Shown in pieces: positions 36,102-46,500 of a stretch of DNA of 64,000 nt (positions are counted from its first letter, which is position 1; every line of letters begins with the position of its first letter). The position numbers and the translations under genes are program-made. The stretch is from Lapillicoccus sp. (GTDB lineage: Bacteria > Actinomycetota > Actinomycetes > Actinomycetales > Dermatophilaceae), in contig OZ255840.1 in assembly GCA_965277795.1 (NCBI GenBank), positions 3,493,566 through 3,557,565 of the forward strand, in the 5' to 3' direction. A model generated the notes under the pieces. It did not search any database and was not told the origin of the DNA. It saw nothing but the letters and a program-made list of their open reading frames with translations.

Positions 36102-39100
36102 CCATGGAGGTCTTCGACGTCACCGGCCCGCTCCCGACCGGGACGACGCTGCTCGAGGCCAGCGCGGGGACCGGCAAGACGTGGACCATCTCGTCGCTGG
36201 TGACCCGATACGTCGCCGAGGGACACTGCCGACTGGACGAGCTCCTGGTCGTCACCTTCGGTCGGGCCGCCAGCGAGGAGCTGCGCCTGCGGGTCCGCGA
36301 ACAGCTGGTCGCCGCGGAGCACGCGCTGACCGCCGCCGACCCCCCCGATCCCACCGACCCCGCCGACCCCGCCGACCCCGCCGACCCCGCCGACCCCGCC
36401 GACCCCGCCGACCCCGCCGACCCTGACAACCCTGACAACGCCGACAGTCGCGCCAGTCGCCTCACAGAGGCAGATCCGCGCATCCAACCCTTGCTGGGTC
36501 AGCTTCTCGCCGGCGGCCCTCACGAGGTCGCCGCGCGACATGCGCGAGTCCGGGAGGCCCTGGCGACCTTCGACGGCGCCACCATCGCCACCACCCACCA
36601 GTTCTGTCAGCTGGTGCTGACCGGTTTGGGTATCGCCGGTGACACCGACGCCAGTGCTCGCCTCGTCGAGGACCTGGATGACCTCGTCAACCAGGTCGTG
36701 GACGACCTCTATGTGCGCGGCTTTGCCGGGCAGACAACGCAGCCGGAGTTCAGCCGCTCCGAGGCCGGAGCGATCGCCGCAACCGCCACCGTTGACCCGC
36801 AGGCACAGCTGGAGCCGGGCACCGTGAACCGAGACACGGTCGGCGGGCGGCGAGTGTCCTTCGCGCGGGCGGTGCGCGAGGAGTTCGACCGTCGCAAACG
36901 CCGGCTCGGGGTTCTCAGCTATGACGACCTGCTGGGCCAGCTCGCCGACGCGCTTGCGGACGAGGCTGCGCCGGCGCGAAGCCGGATGCGGCAGCGATGG
37001 CGCGTCGTGCTCGTCGACGAGTTCCAGGACACCGACCCGGTGCAGTGGCAAGTGCTCGACCGGGCCTTCACCGGCCACGCGACCATGGTGCTCATCGGGG
37101 ACCCGAAACAGGCGATCTACGCGTTCCGGGGCGGCGACGTGGTCACCTACCTCGCCGCCGCGCGGTCGGCTGTCCATCGCGCCACGCTCTCGGTGAACCA
37201 CCGCAGCGACGCCCCGCTCGTCGAGGGCCTGCAGGCTCTGCTCGGTGACGCGGAGCTGGGTGACCCCGAGATCATCGCGCACCCGGTCACCGCCTCTCGG
37301 AAGGGATCTCGACTCTGCGGCGCGCCCCACCCGGAGCCGTTCCGCCTGCGCGTCGTCGACCGGGCAGCGCTCGGCGCCCCCGCCGACGAAGGTCTTCCCG
37401 TGTCTCGACTGCGGCACGTCGTCGCGCAGGACGTGGCGGACGACATCGCCCAGCTGCTGCGCTCGGGCGCCACCTTTGACGGTCGACGTCTGCAGCCACG
37501 AGACGTCGCCGTCCTGGCCGACACCCGCCCCAAGCTGTTCGAGGTGGCCGCCGCACTCGAGAGGCTCGGGATCGAGGCGGTTCTCGTCGGGGCGGGTACC
37601 GTGCTCGGCGCACCGGCGGGACGCGCTTGGCTCACCCTTCTCGATGCGATGGCGCAGCCGCACCGTTCGACCCTTGTCCGGGCGGCCTCGTTGACACCGT
37701 TCCTCGGGCGGTCTGCCGGCTCTCTCGACGCAGCGGGTGACACCGCGACCGCCGAGGACGCGGAGACCGTCCGCGGCTGGGCGGACGCGCTGCGACAACG
37801 AGGTCCAGCCGCTGTACTCGAGCTCGCGAGCGGGGACGGTCGACTGGCCGATCGCGTGCTCCGTCAGCCGGACGGGTCACGCCTGCTCACTGATCTTCGA
37901 CACACAGCAGAGCTGCTTGCTGAGGCCGCCGAAGAAGGCCATGCGTCAGCCGGTGCGCTGGCCGCCTGGCTCGCCCGGCAGCGAGCCCAAGACCTGACGG
38001 TTGTGTCGACGGACCGGGCTCGGCGGCTGGACAGCGATGCGTCCGCCGTCCAACTGCTGACCATCCACGCGAGCAAGGGCCTGCAGTTTCCGGTGGTGTA
38101 TGCGCCGTCGCTGAGCGATCTCTACGCGCGACGGGGCGATCACCCGCTTTACCACAACCAGGACGGGGTGCGCTGCGTCGACGTCAGCGGCCACGGTGGT
38201 ATGCGCGAGGCCAGCGAGCGGGCCGCCCAGGAGGACTCTGGAGAGGAGCTGCGCAAACTGTACGTCGCGCTTACCCGTGCCCAGTCGCAGCTCGTGGCCT
38301 GGTGGGCTCCCAGCTCACACAACACCAGCACCTCTGCGTTGCATCGGGTGATCTTCGGGCGTCGCCCAGGTGGAGCGCAGGTCCCGCCGTCCGCTCCCGT
38401 CCGCGACGACGCGGATGTCCGGCGGATCACCGCCGCCTGGCAGGAGGCGGGCGCCTTTGCGGTGGAACCGTGCCTTGCGGACCGACAGGCCTACCGGCCG
38501 GGTTCGACCGAAGCCGCCAGTCTCGCGATCCGCCACTTCACGCGCTCGCTGGACCGAGCCTGGACCCGGACGTCGTACACCGCCCTCGCTCACGCGGCAG
38601 CGGAGACCGGGGCTCGGGGCCCCGACGCGTTACGTTCGGTGACCGAGCCCGAAGACCCACCACGCGAGGACGAACCACCGCTGGCCGGTTCCGGCGCGCA
38701 CCCGGACGCCGATCGCCCTCGGGTGTTGTCGCCGATGGCCGACCTCCCCGTCGGGGCCACCTTCGGGTCGCTGGTCCACGCCGTTCTCGAGCACGCCGAC
38801 CCGGACCAGTCCGGCGACGCCGCCGCCTGGCGGGCGCAGCTGCTGCGGCTCGTCGACGAGCAACGGGTCTGGTGGCCGGTCGACCTCGACCGCGAGCTCC
38901 TGACGACGGCTCTGGTGACTGCCTGCGACACACCGCTCGGGCCGTTGGCCCGGGACGTCACTCTTCGTTCGGTCGGGCGCGACGACCGGCTGACCGAGCT
39001 CGCTTTCGAGCTGCCACTAGGTGGAGGGGACAAACGGTCGCCGACGGTCACCGCTGCGTTGCTGCGCGACATGGCACACCTATGGCGCGAGCACGTCCCG

Positions 39101-39580
39101 AACGACGACCCGCTGGCCGGATACGCCGACACCCTCGACCATCCTGCATACGAGCAGATCCTCAGTGGCTATCTGTCCGGTTCGCTCGACCTCGTGTTCG
39201 GTGTCGGTGACCCGGAGCATCGTCGATACCTCGTGGCCGACTACAAGACCACGTGGGTCGGCGACCACGACGGCCCGCACTACGCCGACGCATACCATCC
39301 GGGACGTCTGTCGGAGGCAATGTCCCGGACGAGCTACCCGTTGCAAGCGCTGGTGTACTCCGTTGCGCTGCATCGGTTCCTGCGCTGGCGGCAGCCCGGG
39401 TACCAGTTCGGCGACCACTTCGGCGGGGTGCTCTACCTCTATCTACGCGGGATGTGCGGCCCGGCCACCCCGGCCACCTCGGTCGGTGACGGACACCCGT
39501 ACGGCGTATTCGCCTGGCAGCCCACCGAGATGCTCGTCGAGGGGGTCTCGCAGCTGTTCGGGGGACGGGAGGCCGGATGA
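36098..39580 (+). CDS. recB: Exodeoxyribonuclease V beta subunit (UvrD-like helicase plus C-terminal PD-(D/E)xK nuclease)
   Basis: Motif I EASAGTGKTWTI. Motif II VLVDEFQDTDP. C-terminal nuclease motif LVADYKTT. Contains an in-frame (DPA)n repeat. Confidence 0.9.
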   Translation: MTMEVFDVTGPLPTGTTLLEASAGTGKTWTISSLVTRYVAEGHCRLDELLVVTFGRAASEELRLRVREQLVAAEHALTAADPPDPTDPADPADPADPADPADPADPADPDNPDNADSRASRLTEADPRIQPLLGQLLAGGPHEVAARHARVREALATFDGATIATTHQFCQLVLTGLGIAGDTDASARLVEDLDDLVNQVVDDLYVRGFAGQTTQPEFSRSEAGAIAATATVDPQAQLEPGTVNRDTVGGRRVSFARAVREEFDRRKRRLGVLSYDDLLGQLADALADEAAPARSRMRQRWRVVLVDEFQDTDPVQWQVLDRAFTGHATMVLIGDPKQAIYAFRGGDVVTYLAAARSAVHRATLSVNHRSDAPLVEGLQALLGDAELGDPEIIAHPVTASRKGSRLCGAPHPEPFRLRVVDRAALGAPADEGLPVSRLRHVVAQDVADDIAQLLRSGATFDGRRLQPRDVAVLADTRPKLFEVAAALERLGIEAVLVGAGTVLGAPAGRAWLTLLDAMAQPHRSTLVRAASLTPFLGRSAGSLDAAGDTATAEDAETVRGWADALRQRGPAAVLELASGDGRLADRVLRQPDGSRLLTDLRHTAELLAEAAEEGHASAGALAAWLARQRAQDLTVVSTDRARRLDSDASAVQLLTIHASKGLQFPVVYAPSLSDLYARRGDHPLYHNQDGVRCVDVSGHGGMREASERAAQEDSGEELRKLYVALTRAQSQLVAWWAPSSHNTSTSALHRVIFGRRPGGAQVPPSAPVRDDADVRRITAAWQEAGAFAVEPCLADRQAYRPGSTEAASLAIRHFTRSLDRAWTRTSYTALAHAAAETGARGPDALRSVTEPEDPPREDEPPLAGSGAHPDADRPRVLSPMADLPVGATFGSLVHAVLEHADPDQSGDAAAWRAQLLRLVDEQRVWWPVDLDRELLTTALVTACDTPLGPLARDVTLRSVGRDDRLTELAFELPLGGGDKRSPTVTAALLRDMAHLWREHVPNDDPLAGYADTLDHPAYEQILSGYLSGSLDLVFGVGDPEHRRYLVADYKTTWVGDHDGPHYADAYHPGRLSEAMSRTSYPLQALVYSVALHRFLRWRQPGYQFGDHFGGVLYLYLRGMCGPATPATSVGDGHPYGVFAWQPTEMLVEGVSQLFGGREAG
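36343..36438 (+). repeat. In-frame tandem repeat (GACCCCGCC)x7 with degenerate flanks, encoding (DPA)n in the RecB linker
   Basis: Seven perfect 9-bp copies at 36355-36417, flanked by CCCGATCCCACC and GACCCTGACAACCCTGACAAC variants. Confidence 0.85.
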
Positions 39581-41307
39581 CCACCGACGAGCTCCGGCCG
39601 GCGCACCACCGCGACACGGACGTCCACGCGACCGGCATGTTGCGCACCTTCAACCGAGCAGGAGCGCTGACCGCCGCTGACACGCATGTCGCCACCCGAG
39701 TGGGGGCTGCCGTGGGCGAGAGCGACGAGACGGTGCTTCTGGCTGTGGCGCTCGCCGTTCGCGCCGCCCGCCAGGGCTCGGTATGCGTCGACCTCGCCTC
39801 ACTCCCGGCGACCGACGGTCTCGACTGGCCCGACACCGAGGCCTGGGTGGCCGCGGTGACCAAGAGCAGGGTTGCGGGGCAGGGTGTCATCCACTACGAG
39901 CTCGGGCGGCTCTATCTGGACCGCTACTGGCGCGAGGAATGTCAAGTCGTCGACGACCTTGCCGCGCGTGCCGCCCTGCCGGTCACGGTCGACCCGTCAA
40001 GGCTTCGAACGGCGCTCGACGAGTCCTTCCCGGGTGACGCATATCGGGAACAGCGGGACGCCGCCGAGGTCTGCTGCACGCACCGGACGAGCATCGTCAC
40101 CGGTGGCCCGGGCACGGGCAAGACGACCACCATCGCGCGGCTGGTCGCCACGCTGGTCGCCGTCGAGGGCGGCCGGCTGCGCATTGCCCTGGCCGCACCG
40201 ACCGGGAAGGCCGCCGCGCGCATCTCCCAGGCCGTGCACGCCGAGGCGGCAAAGTCTGACTTCGGTGTCAGGGCAGGAGCTTTCGTCGGCTCGCTCACCG
40301 CGTCCACGCTGCACCGGCTCCTTGGTTGGCGCCCTGACAGCCGATCCAGGTTTCGTCACGACCGCACGAACCCGCTTCCGTACGACGTCGTGGTCGTGGA
40401 CGAGACGTCGATGGTCTCGCTGACCCTGCTGGCTCGACTGCTGGAGGCCATGCCACCGCAGGCCCGCCTCGTGCTGGTCGGTGACGCCGACCAGCTGACC
40501 TCGGTCGAGGCCGGCGCGGTCCTGCGCGACCTCGTCGATGGTCTGGGGCCGAGAAGCGACTCGGTGGCGCACCTCACGACGAGCCATCGTTTCCGCGGCG
40601 CCATCGCGGAGCTCGCTGACGCCGTCCGCGCCGGCGACGCGCAGGCGGCTCTCGAGGTCCTCGACGGCGGCGACCCGAGTGCCTCGCTCGTCGACGATAT
40701 CCAGCCCTTTGTCCTGCCATCCGTGCTCGCGCTGCACGAGGGCGCCGAACGAGGTGATCGAGTAGCGGCGCTGGGTGAGCTCAGCAGGCACCAGCTGCTC
40801 TGCGCCCACAACACCGGGCCGTTCGGGGCTCGATGGTGGAACCGGCAGCTGGCGACCTGGTTGGCGCAGACGCTTGGTGTCGACTACCTGCCCGGCCGTT
40901 ACCCCGGACTACCCCTTCTCGTGACCGAGAACGACTACACCCTGGGCCTGTTCAACGGTGACACCGGCGTCGTCGTGCGTTCACCGTCGAACGACGGCCT
41001 GTATGCGCTGCTGGCCGACGGGCTGTCCGAAGCAGGGCGAGAGCTGCACCTCAACCGGCTCGCGAACGTCTCTGCCGCGCACGCCATGACCGTGCACCGG
41101 GCACAGGGCAGCCAGTACGAGGCGGTCTCGGTCGTGCTGCCCGAGCCAGGCTCACCCCTGCTGACCCGGGAGCTGTTCTACACCGCCGTCACCCGCGCGC
41201 GGCACACGGTCCGGATCCTCGGGTCGCGCGAGGCCGTGACCGTCGCAATCCGGCAGCGGGCAGCCAGAGCCACCGGCCTCGCCGATCGGTTGCGCTCACA
41301 AGAATGA
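39577..41307 (+). CDS. recD: Exodeoxyribonuclease V alpha subunit
   Basis: ATGA overlap with recB. Walker A VTGGPGTGKTTT. SF1 helicase motifs. Confidence 0.9.
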   Translation: MTTDELRPAHHRDTDVHATGMLRTFNRAGALTAADTHVATRVGAAVGESDETVLLAVALAVRAARQGSVCVDLASLPATDGLDWPDTEAWVAAVTKSRVAGQGVIHYELGRLYLDRYWREECQVVDDLAARAALPVTVDPSRLRTALDESFPGDAYREQRDAAEVCCTHRTSIVTGGPGTGKTTTIARLVATLVAVEGGRLRIALAAPTGKAAARISQAVHAEAAKSDFGVRAGAFVGSLTASTLHRLLGWRPDSRSRFRHDRTNPLPYDVVVVDETSMVSLTLLARLLEAMPPQARLVLVGDADQLTSVEAGAVLRDLVDGLGPRSDSVAHLTTSHRFRGAIAELADAVRAGDAQAALEVLDGGDPSASLVDDIQPFVLPSVLALHEGAERGDRVAALGELSRHQLLCAHNTGPFGARWWNRQLATWLAQTLGVDYLPGRYPGLPLLVTENDYTLGLFNGDTGVVVRSPSNDGLYALLADGLSEAGRELHLNRLANVSAAHAMTVHRAQGSQYEAVSVVLPEPGSPLLTRELFYTAVTRARHTVRILGSREAVTVAIRQRAARATGLADRLRSQE

Positions 41308-41385
41308 GCCGTCGGCTTCGGCAGACGCCGGCACGGGCGTAACCACAGGAGCGCCGACCTCGAACGTGCTGGAGGAACCGCGATC

Positions 41386-42882
41386 GTGTCCGACCACCCA
41401 ACTATGCTCGCCGAAACCACGGTAGGGGGTCCCATGCTGACGTTCGACGAGCTCACCGAGCTGCGCGACCGCCACGCCTCCTGGCGCCTGCTTCGCGCCA
41501 CCAACGCCCCGCTCGTGATCAGCTTCCTGTCCCGCGTCTTCGTCGAGGAGAACGTCCGGCTGATCACCCAAGCCGAGCTCGCATCCCGCCTCGACGACGA
41601 GCTGCACGCCCTGCGCACCTCCCGTGGCGAGGATGCGTTCCCCAGGTCCGCGGCCGCATACATCGCCGAGTGGGCGTCCAACGACGCCGGCTGGCTGCGG
41701 CTCTACTACACCCAGACGAGCGACGAGCCGCACGTCGACGCCACCCCGGCGCTCGAGAAGGCCGCGGCGTGGCTCGAGAGCCTGCGCGAGCGCTCCTTCG
41801 TCGGCACGGAGTCCCGGCTCAACACCGTGGTGGACCTGCTCCGACAGATCGTCCAGGGCGCCGACGCCGACCCCGACCGTCGGCTCGCGCAGCTGCGCGC
41901 CGAGCGTGCTCGACTGGACCAGAGGATCGCCCGCGCCGAGGACGGCCAGATCGACGTGCTCGACCCGACGGCACAGCGCGACCGCTACCAGCAGTTCAGC
42001 GCGACGGCCCGTGACCTGTTGTCCGACTTCCGAGAGGTCGAGGTCAAGTTCCGCGCGCTCGACAGAGAGATGCGCGAGACCATCGCGGGCTGGTCCGGCG
42101 CCAAGGGCGAGCTGCTCGACCATGTCCTCGGTGACCGCAACGCCATCTCCGACTCCGACCAGGGCCGCAGTTTTCACGCGTTCTACGACTTCCTGCTGTC
42201 TGCTGACCGTCAGGACGAGCTCGCCCACCTGCTCGACTCCGTCCATCGGCTCGGCTCCATCGAGGCCGACCCGCGAGTGCGGCGGATCGACCACGACTGG
42301 CTGGCCGCGGCAGACCGGACGCAGGCGACCGTACGCCTCTTGTCCGACCAGCTGCGACGGTTCCTCGACGACACCGCATGGCTCGAGAACCAGCGCGTCA
42401 TGGACCTCCTGCGCAGCATCGAGGCATCCTCGATCGCCCTGCGGGACAGGCGCGTTGCGCTCAACCTGGATCTCGACGCGATCCGGCCCGAGATATCGCT
42501 TCCCTTCGAGCGACCCCTCTATGCCCTACCTGCCCCGTCCGAGATCGACAGCAGCATCGGCGAGTCCGACGAGAGTGTCGAGACGGGTGCGCTGTTCGGC
42601 CAGGACCACATCGACCACCAGCGCATCGTCGCCCACATCAACGCCGCCCTCGCTCACCGCAGCCAGATCGCGCTGTCCGAGCTGCTGGCCAGCCAGCCCC
42701 TCGACCACGGCCTGGCCGAGCTCGTCGCCTACCTCGGCGTCTCCGACGACGGGGTCGACCTGGTCTTCGACGACGCGGCCCGGGCGCGGGTGGCCTGGCG
42801 CGATGACCAGGGTGCCGGTCGTCAAGCCGACGCTCCCACCGTCATCTACGTCCGACGCGAACCCGCCCAGAGCACGACATGA
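41386..42882 (+). CDS. jetA: Wadjet JetA / MksF-like kleisin subunit (DUF3375)
   Basis: About 498 aa. Coiled-coil-rich. N-terminal TFDELTELRDRHASWRLLRATNAPLVISFL typical of DUF3375. First gene of a four-gene operon. GTG start, alternative ATGs at 41404 and 41434. Confidence 0.75.
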   Translation: MSDHPTMLAETTVGGPMLTFDELTELRDRHASWRLLRATNAPLVISFLSRVFVEENVRLITQAELASRLDDELHALRTSRGEDAFPRSAAAYIAEWASNDAGWLRLYYTQTSDEPHVDATPALEKAAAWLESLRERSFVGTESRLNTVVDLLRQIVQGADADPDRRLAQLRAERARLDQRIARAEDGQIDVLDPTAQRDRYQQFSATARDLLSDFREVEVKFRALDREMRETIAGWSGAKGELLDHVLGDRNAISDSDQGRSFHAFYDFLLSADRQDELAHLLDSVHRLGSIEADPRVRRIDHDWLAAADRTQATVRLLSDQLRRFLDDTAWLENQRVMDLLRSIEASSIALRDRRVALNLDLDAIRPEISLPFERPLYALPAPSEIDSSIGESDESVETGALFGQDHIDHQRIVAHINAALAHRSQIALSELLASQPLDHGLAELVAYLGVSDDGVDLVFDDAARARVAWRDDQGAGRQADAPTVIYVRREPAQSTT

Positions 42883-42892
42883 GCAGCACCCG

Positions 42893-43537
42893 ATGACGAG
42901 CGCCATCGGCGCCATCGGCGCCATCGGCACCATCGGTGCTGTCGACCCTGCCGCCGCGGAGGCCATGGAGGTTTCCCGGGTCGTCATCTCGCTGCTCAAA
43001 GGCGTCGTCTACCAGAGTGAGAGCGCCCAGGTCTGGGCTCTGATGCGCCGGTATCAGGCCCGGGTCACCGACCATATGGCCGTCATGGGCCTCGACCTGG
43101 TCATCGACGAGGCCGAAGGTTTTGCCCATCTTCGTCAGGCCACCTTCGACGAAGCGAGCATCCCCCGTCTGGTCCCCCGGCACCGCCTCTCGTTCCGGGT
43201 GAGCCTGCTCCTGGCGCTGTTGCGCAAGAGACTCGCGGAGTTCGACGCCACCAGCAGCGATACCCGGCTGATCATCACCCGCGACCAGATCGCCCAGCTC
43301 CTGAGGGTGCACCTCCCGGACAGCGCCAACGAGGTCCGGCTCCTCGGCGATGTCGACCTGCTGATCGGCAAGGTCGACGAGCTGGGCTTCCTGCGGAAGG
43401 TCAAGGGCCAGGAAGCCACCTTCGAGGTGCGGCGCATCGTCAAGGCGTACATCGACGTGCAGTGGCTGGCCGACTTCGACGCGCGTCTGCAGGACTATCT
43501 CGACAGTCTGGATGAGGGCGGTGAACCCGATGGATGA
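42893..43537 (+). CDS. jetB: Wadjet JetB / MksE-like subunit (DUF4194)
   Basis: 215 aa, size and position typical of JetB. N-terminus carries an AIGAIGAIGTIGA repeat. Confidence 0.7.
   Translation: MTSAIGAIGAIGTIGAVDPAAAEAMEVSRVVISLLKGVVYQSESAQVWALMRRYQARVTDHMAVMGLDLVIDEAEGFAHLRQATFDEASIPRLVPRHRLSFRVSLLLALLRKRLAEFDATSSDTRLIITRDQIAQLLRVHLPDSANEVRLLGDVDLLIGKVDELGFLRKVKGQEATFEVRRIVKAYIDVQWLADFDARLQDYLDSLDEGGEPDG
42902..42937 (+). repeat. In-frame 9-bp tandem repeat (GCCATCGGC)x3 plus a variant, encoding AIGAIGAIGTIG at the JetB N-terminus
   Basis: gccatcggcgccatcggcgccatcggcaccatcggt read directly. Confidence 0.85.
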
Positions 43538-46500
43538 GCTGCCGCTGGACGATGTCATCGGCATTCCCGGGTTCCGGCTGGACCACGTCGAGCTGCTCGG
43601 CTGGGGGACTTTCGACCGGTCTGTCTGGCGCTTCGACCTCGACGGACACACGTCCCTGCTCACCGGTGACATCGGGTCTGGCAAGTCGACCCTGGTCGAC
43701 GCGGTCACGACGCTGTTCCTGCCCGCGCAGCTCATCTCCTACAACAAGGCCGCCGGAGCCGAGACACGCGAACGCAGCCTGCGGTCCTACGTCCTCGGCT
43801 ACTACAAGTCCGAGCGCAGCGAGACCACCGGCGTCTCCCGGCCGGTCGGCCTTCGCGACCACCGGTCGCACTCGGCCGTCCTCGCCGTCTTCCGCAACGA
43901 GCGCCTGGGCACCAACGTGACGTTGGCCCAAGTGTTCTGGATGCCGGACGACCACAGTGGGCAGCCCAAGCGCTTCTACCTCGTCACCGAGAGCGACATC
44001 TCCATCTCGCCCGACCTCAGTGACTTCGGCAGCGACATCAAGGTGCTCCGGAAGCGTCTGCGCGACAGAGGGATCACACTGCATGACGACTTCCCCGACT
44101 ACGCCAAGGCGTTTCGCCGAGCGCTCGGTATCCCGTCCGACCAGGCCATGAAGCTGTTCCACCAGACCGTGTCGATGAAATCGGTGGGCAACCTCAACGA
44201 CTTCGTCCGGGCGCACATGCTGGAGCCCTTCGACGCGGCGAGCGACGTGCGGGCGCTGATCGACCACTTCGAGGACCTGACCGCAGCCCACGACTCGGTG
44301 ACCAAGGCTCGCGCCCAGCTCGCCACGCTCGAGCCCATCGTTGCGGCGTGCGACGATGTCGACCGGTTCGAGGCTGAGCTCGACCACGTCGGCGAACAGC
44401 AACGAGCCCTGCGGTACGCCGGTGCTCGCCTCAGCCACGACCTGCTCGAGATCGAGGCCGAGACGCTCGCCGCCCGCGAGCTCGACACCCGGACGGCTAT
44501 CGAGTCCACCCGATCCGAGATCCAGAGTCTGGCCGATCAGGAACAGGGACTGCGCGACGCCAAGGCCGGCCATGCGGGTGGACGGGTCGGAGCCCTCGAG
44601 AAGGAGAGGGACGGCTACGCCGCAGACGCCGAGCAGCGCTCCAAACGTCATCGTGCCCTCAACGACGACCTGACCACGGCCGGCCTCGACGCCTTGGCCG
44701 ACCCGGCTCGGTTCGACGCGGTTCGCGAGGAAGCCGCGCAGTCCCAAGCACGTCTCGACACACAGACCCGCGTGGCGCGAACCCAGCTCGTCGACCTCGA
44801 GGTGGCTCGACGCGACCTCGCCGCCGAAGCAGGCCTGGTCAGCGAGGAGATCCGCAGCCTCCAGCAACGCCACTCCAGTATCCCGCTCGAACAGCTGACC
44901 CTACGGCAGCGGCTCTGCGCCGACCTGGGCCTGGTCGAGACCGAGCTGCCCTTCGTCGGCGAGCTCGTCCAGGTTCGCGACGGTGACGAACGCTGGCGCG
45001 GTGCAGCCGAGCGGGTCTTGCACGGCTTCGCTCTCTCGCTCATCGTCGACGCCGGCCTCTACCGCGACGTCTCTCGCTGGGTCGACGGACGGCACCTCGG
45101 CGCCCGTGTCGTCTACCACCGCGTCGACGCCACCGCCCGTCACCTGTCGAGCGCCCCGACGCCGGGCACCCTCGCTGCCAAGCTCGAGCTGAAATCCGGC
45201 CCGTATGCCGCCTGGCTGGCCAGCGAGCTCCAGTCGAGGGCGGCCCACGAGTGCGTCGAGGACCCGGCCGATTTTGCCCGCGCGCACCGGGCGGTGACCG
45301 TCAACGGGCAGGTCAAGTCGGGCAGCTTCCACGAGAAGGACGACCGCAAGCGGATCGACGACCGTTCACGGTACGTCCTCGGGTGGGACAACACCACGAA
45401 GAAGAACGCGCTGATCGAGCGGGCAACAGCGTTGCAGGACAAGGTGGCCGGCACCGACAAGGCGCGGCGCGATGTTGAAGATCTCGTGGCGACGTATGCG
45501 TCACGTAGTTATGCACTGACCCGGGTCCTGACCGTCGACGACGTGCGCGACGTCAACTGGTGGGAAAGCGTCGCACGCGCCGAGGAGGCACGTCGCGAGC
45601 TGGCACTCTTGCACGACGCCTCGACGGAGCTGGCGGCGATCGAGCGACAGCTCGGTGTCGTCGAGAGCGAGCGGGCCGCGAAGGAGTCGACGCGCAGTGA
45701 TCTCGACCAGCAGCTCGGTGCCGTCCGCAGCCGGCTACACCAGGTGATCGAGGCCCGGGACCAGGCCCTCGAGACGGTGCGAGGCATCCCCGACACTCTC
45801 GAGCTGGCGGTCACCGCGGCGGCCGAGATCTTGAGACGCACCGGCGTCAGCCGTGCCGACCGGGTCACAGACGAGGTAGAGCTGCTGCGCGCCGACCTTG
45901 CCGTGCGATCCCAGTCCCTCGAGAGCCGACGAGGCACGGCGCGGTCCCGAGCCGAGCGTGGGATGAGCGCGTTCCGGCAGGCCTACCCGGCCGAGACGAG
46001 CGAGATGGACGCGAGCATCGACGTGGCTGGCGACTACCGGATGTTCCGTGAGCGGGTCGCCCGTGACGACCTGCCCCGTTTCGAGCAGAACTTCAAGAGG
46101 CTCCTCAACCAGAACGCCATCCGCGAGATTGCCGGGTTCCAGGCCCGCCTCAACCACCAGGCCGACGAGATCACCCAGCGGGTTGCGACGATCAACGCGT
46201 CCCTTCGGGACATCGACTACAACACCGACCGGTTCATCCGGCTCGAAGCGCTGCCGACGCCGTTCCTCGAGATCAAGGAGTTCCGTGCCGACCTGCGAGC
46301 GTGCACGCAGGGCGCCCTACTCGGGGATGCGGACGACGAGCTTTACTCGGAACGCAAGTTCGAACAGGTACGGGGCATCATCGCGCGGTTCCGCGGGCGC
46401 GAGGGGTTCGCCGAGCACGACCGCGCCTGGACCGTGCGCGTCACCGATGTGCGCAACTGGTTCGTCTTCAACGCCTCCGAACGCTGGCGCGAGACCAACG

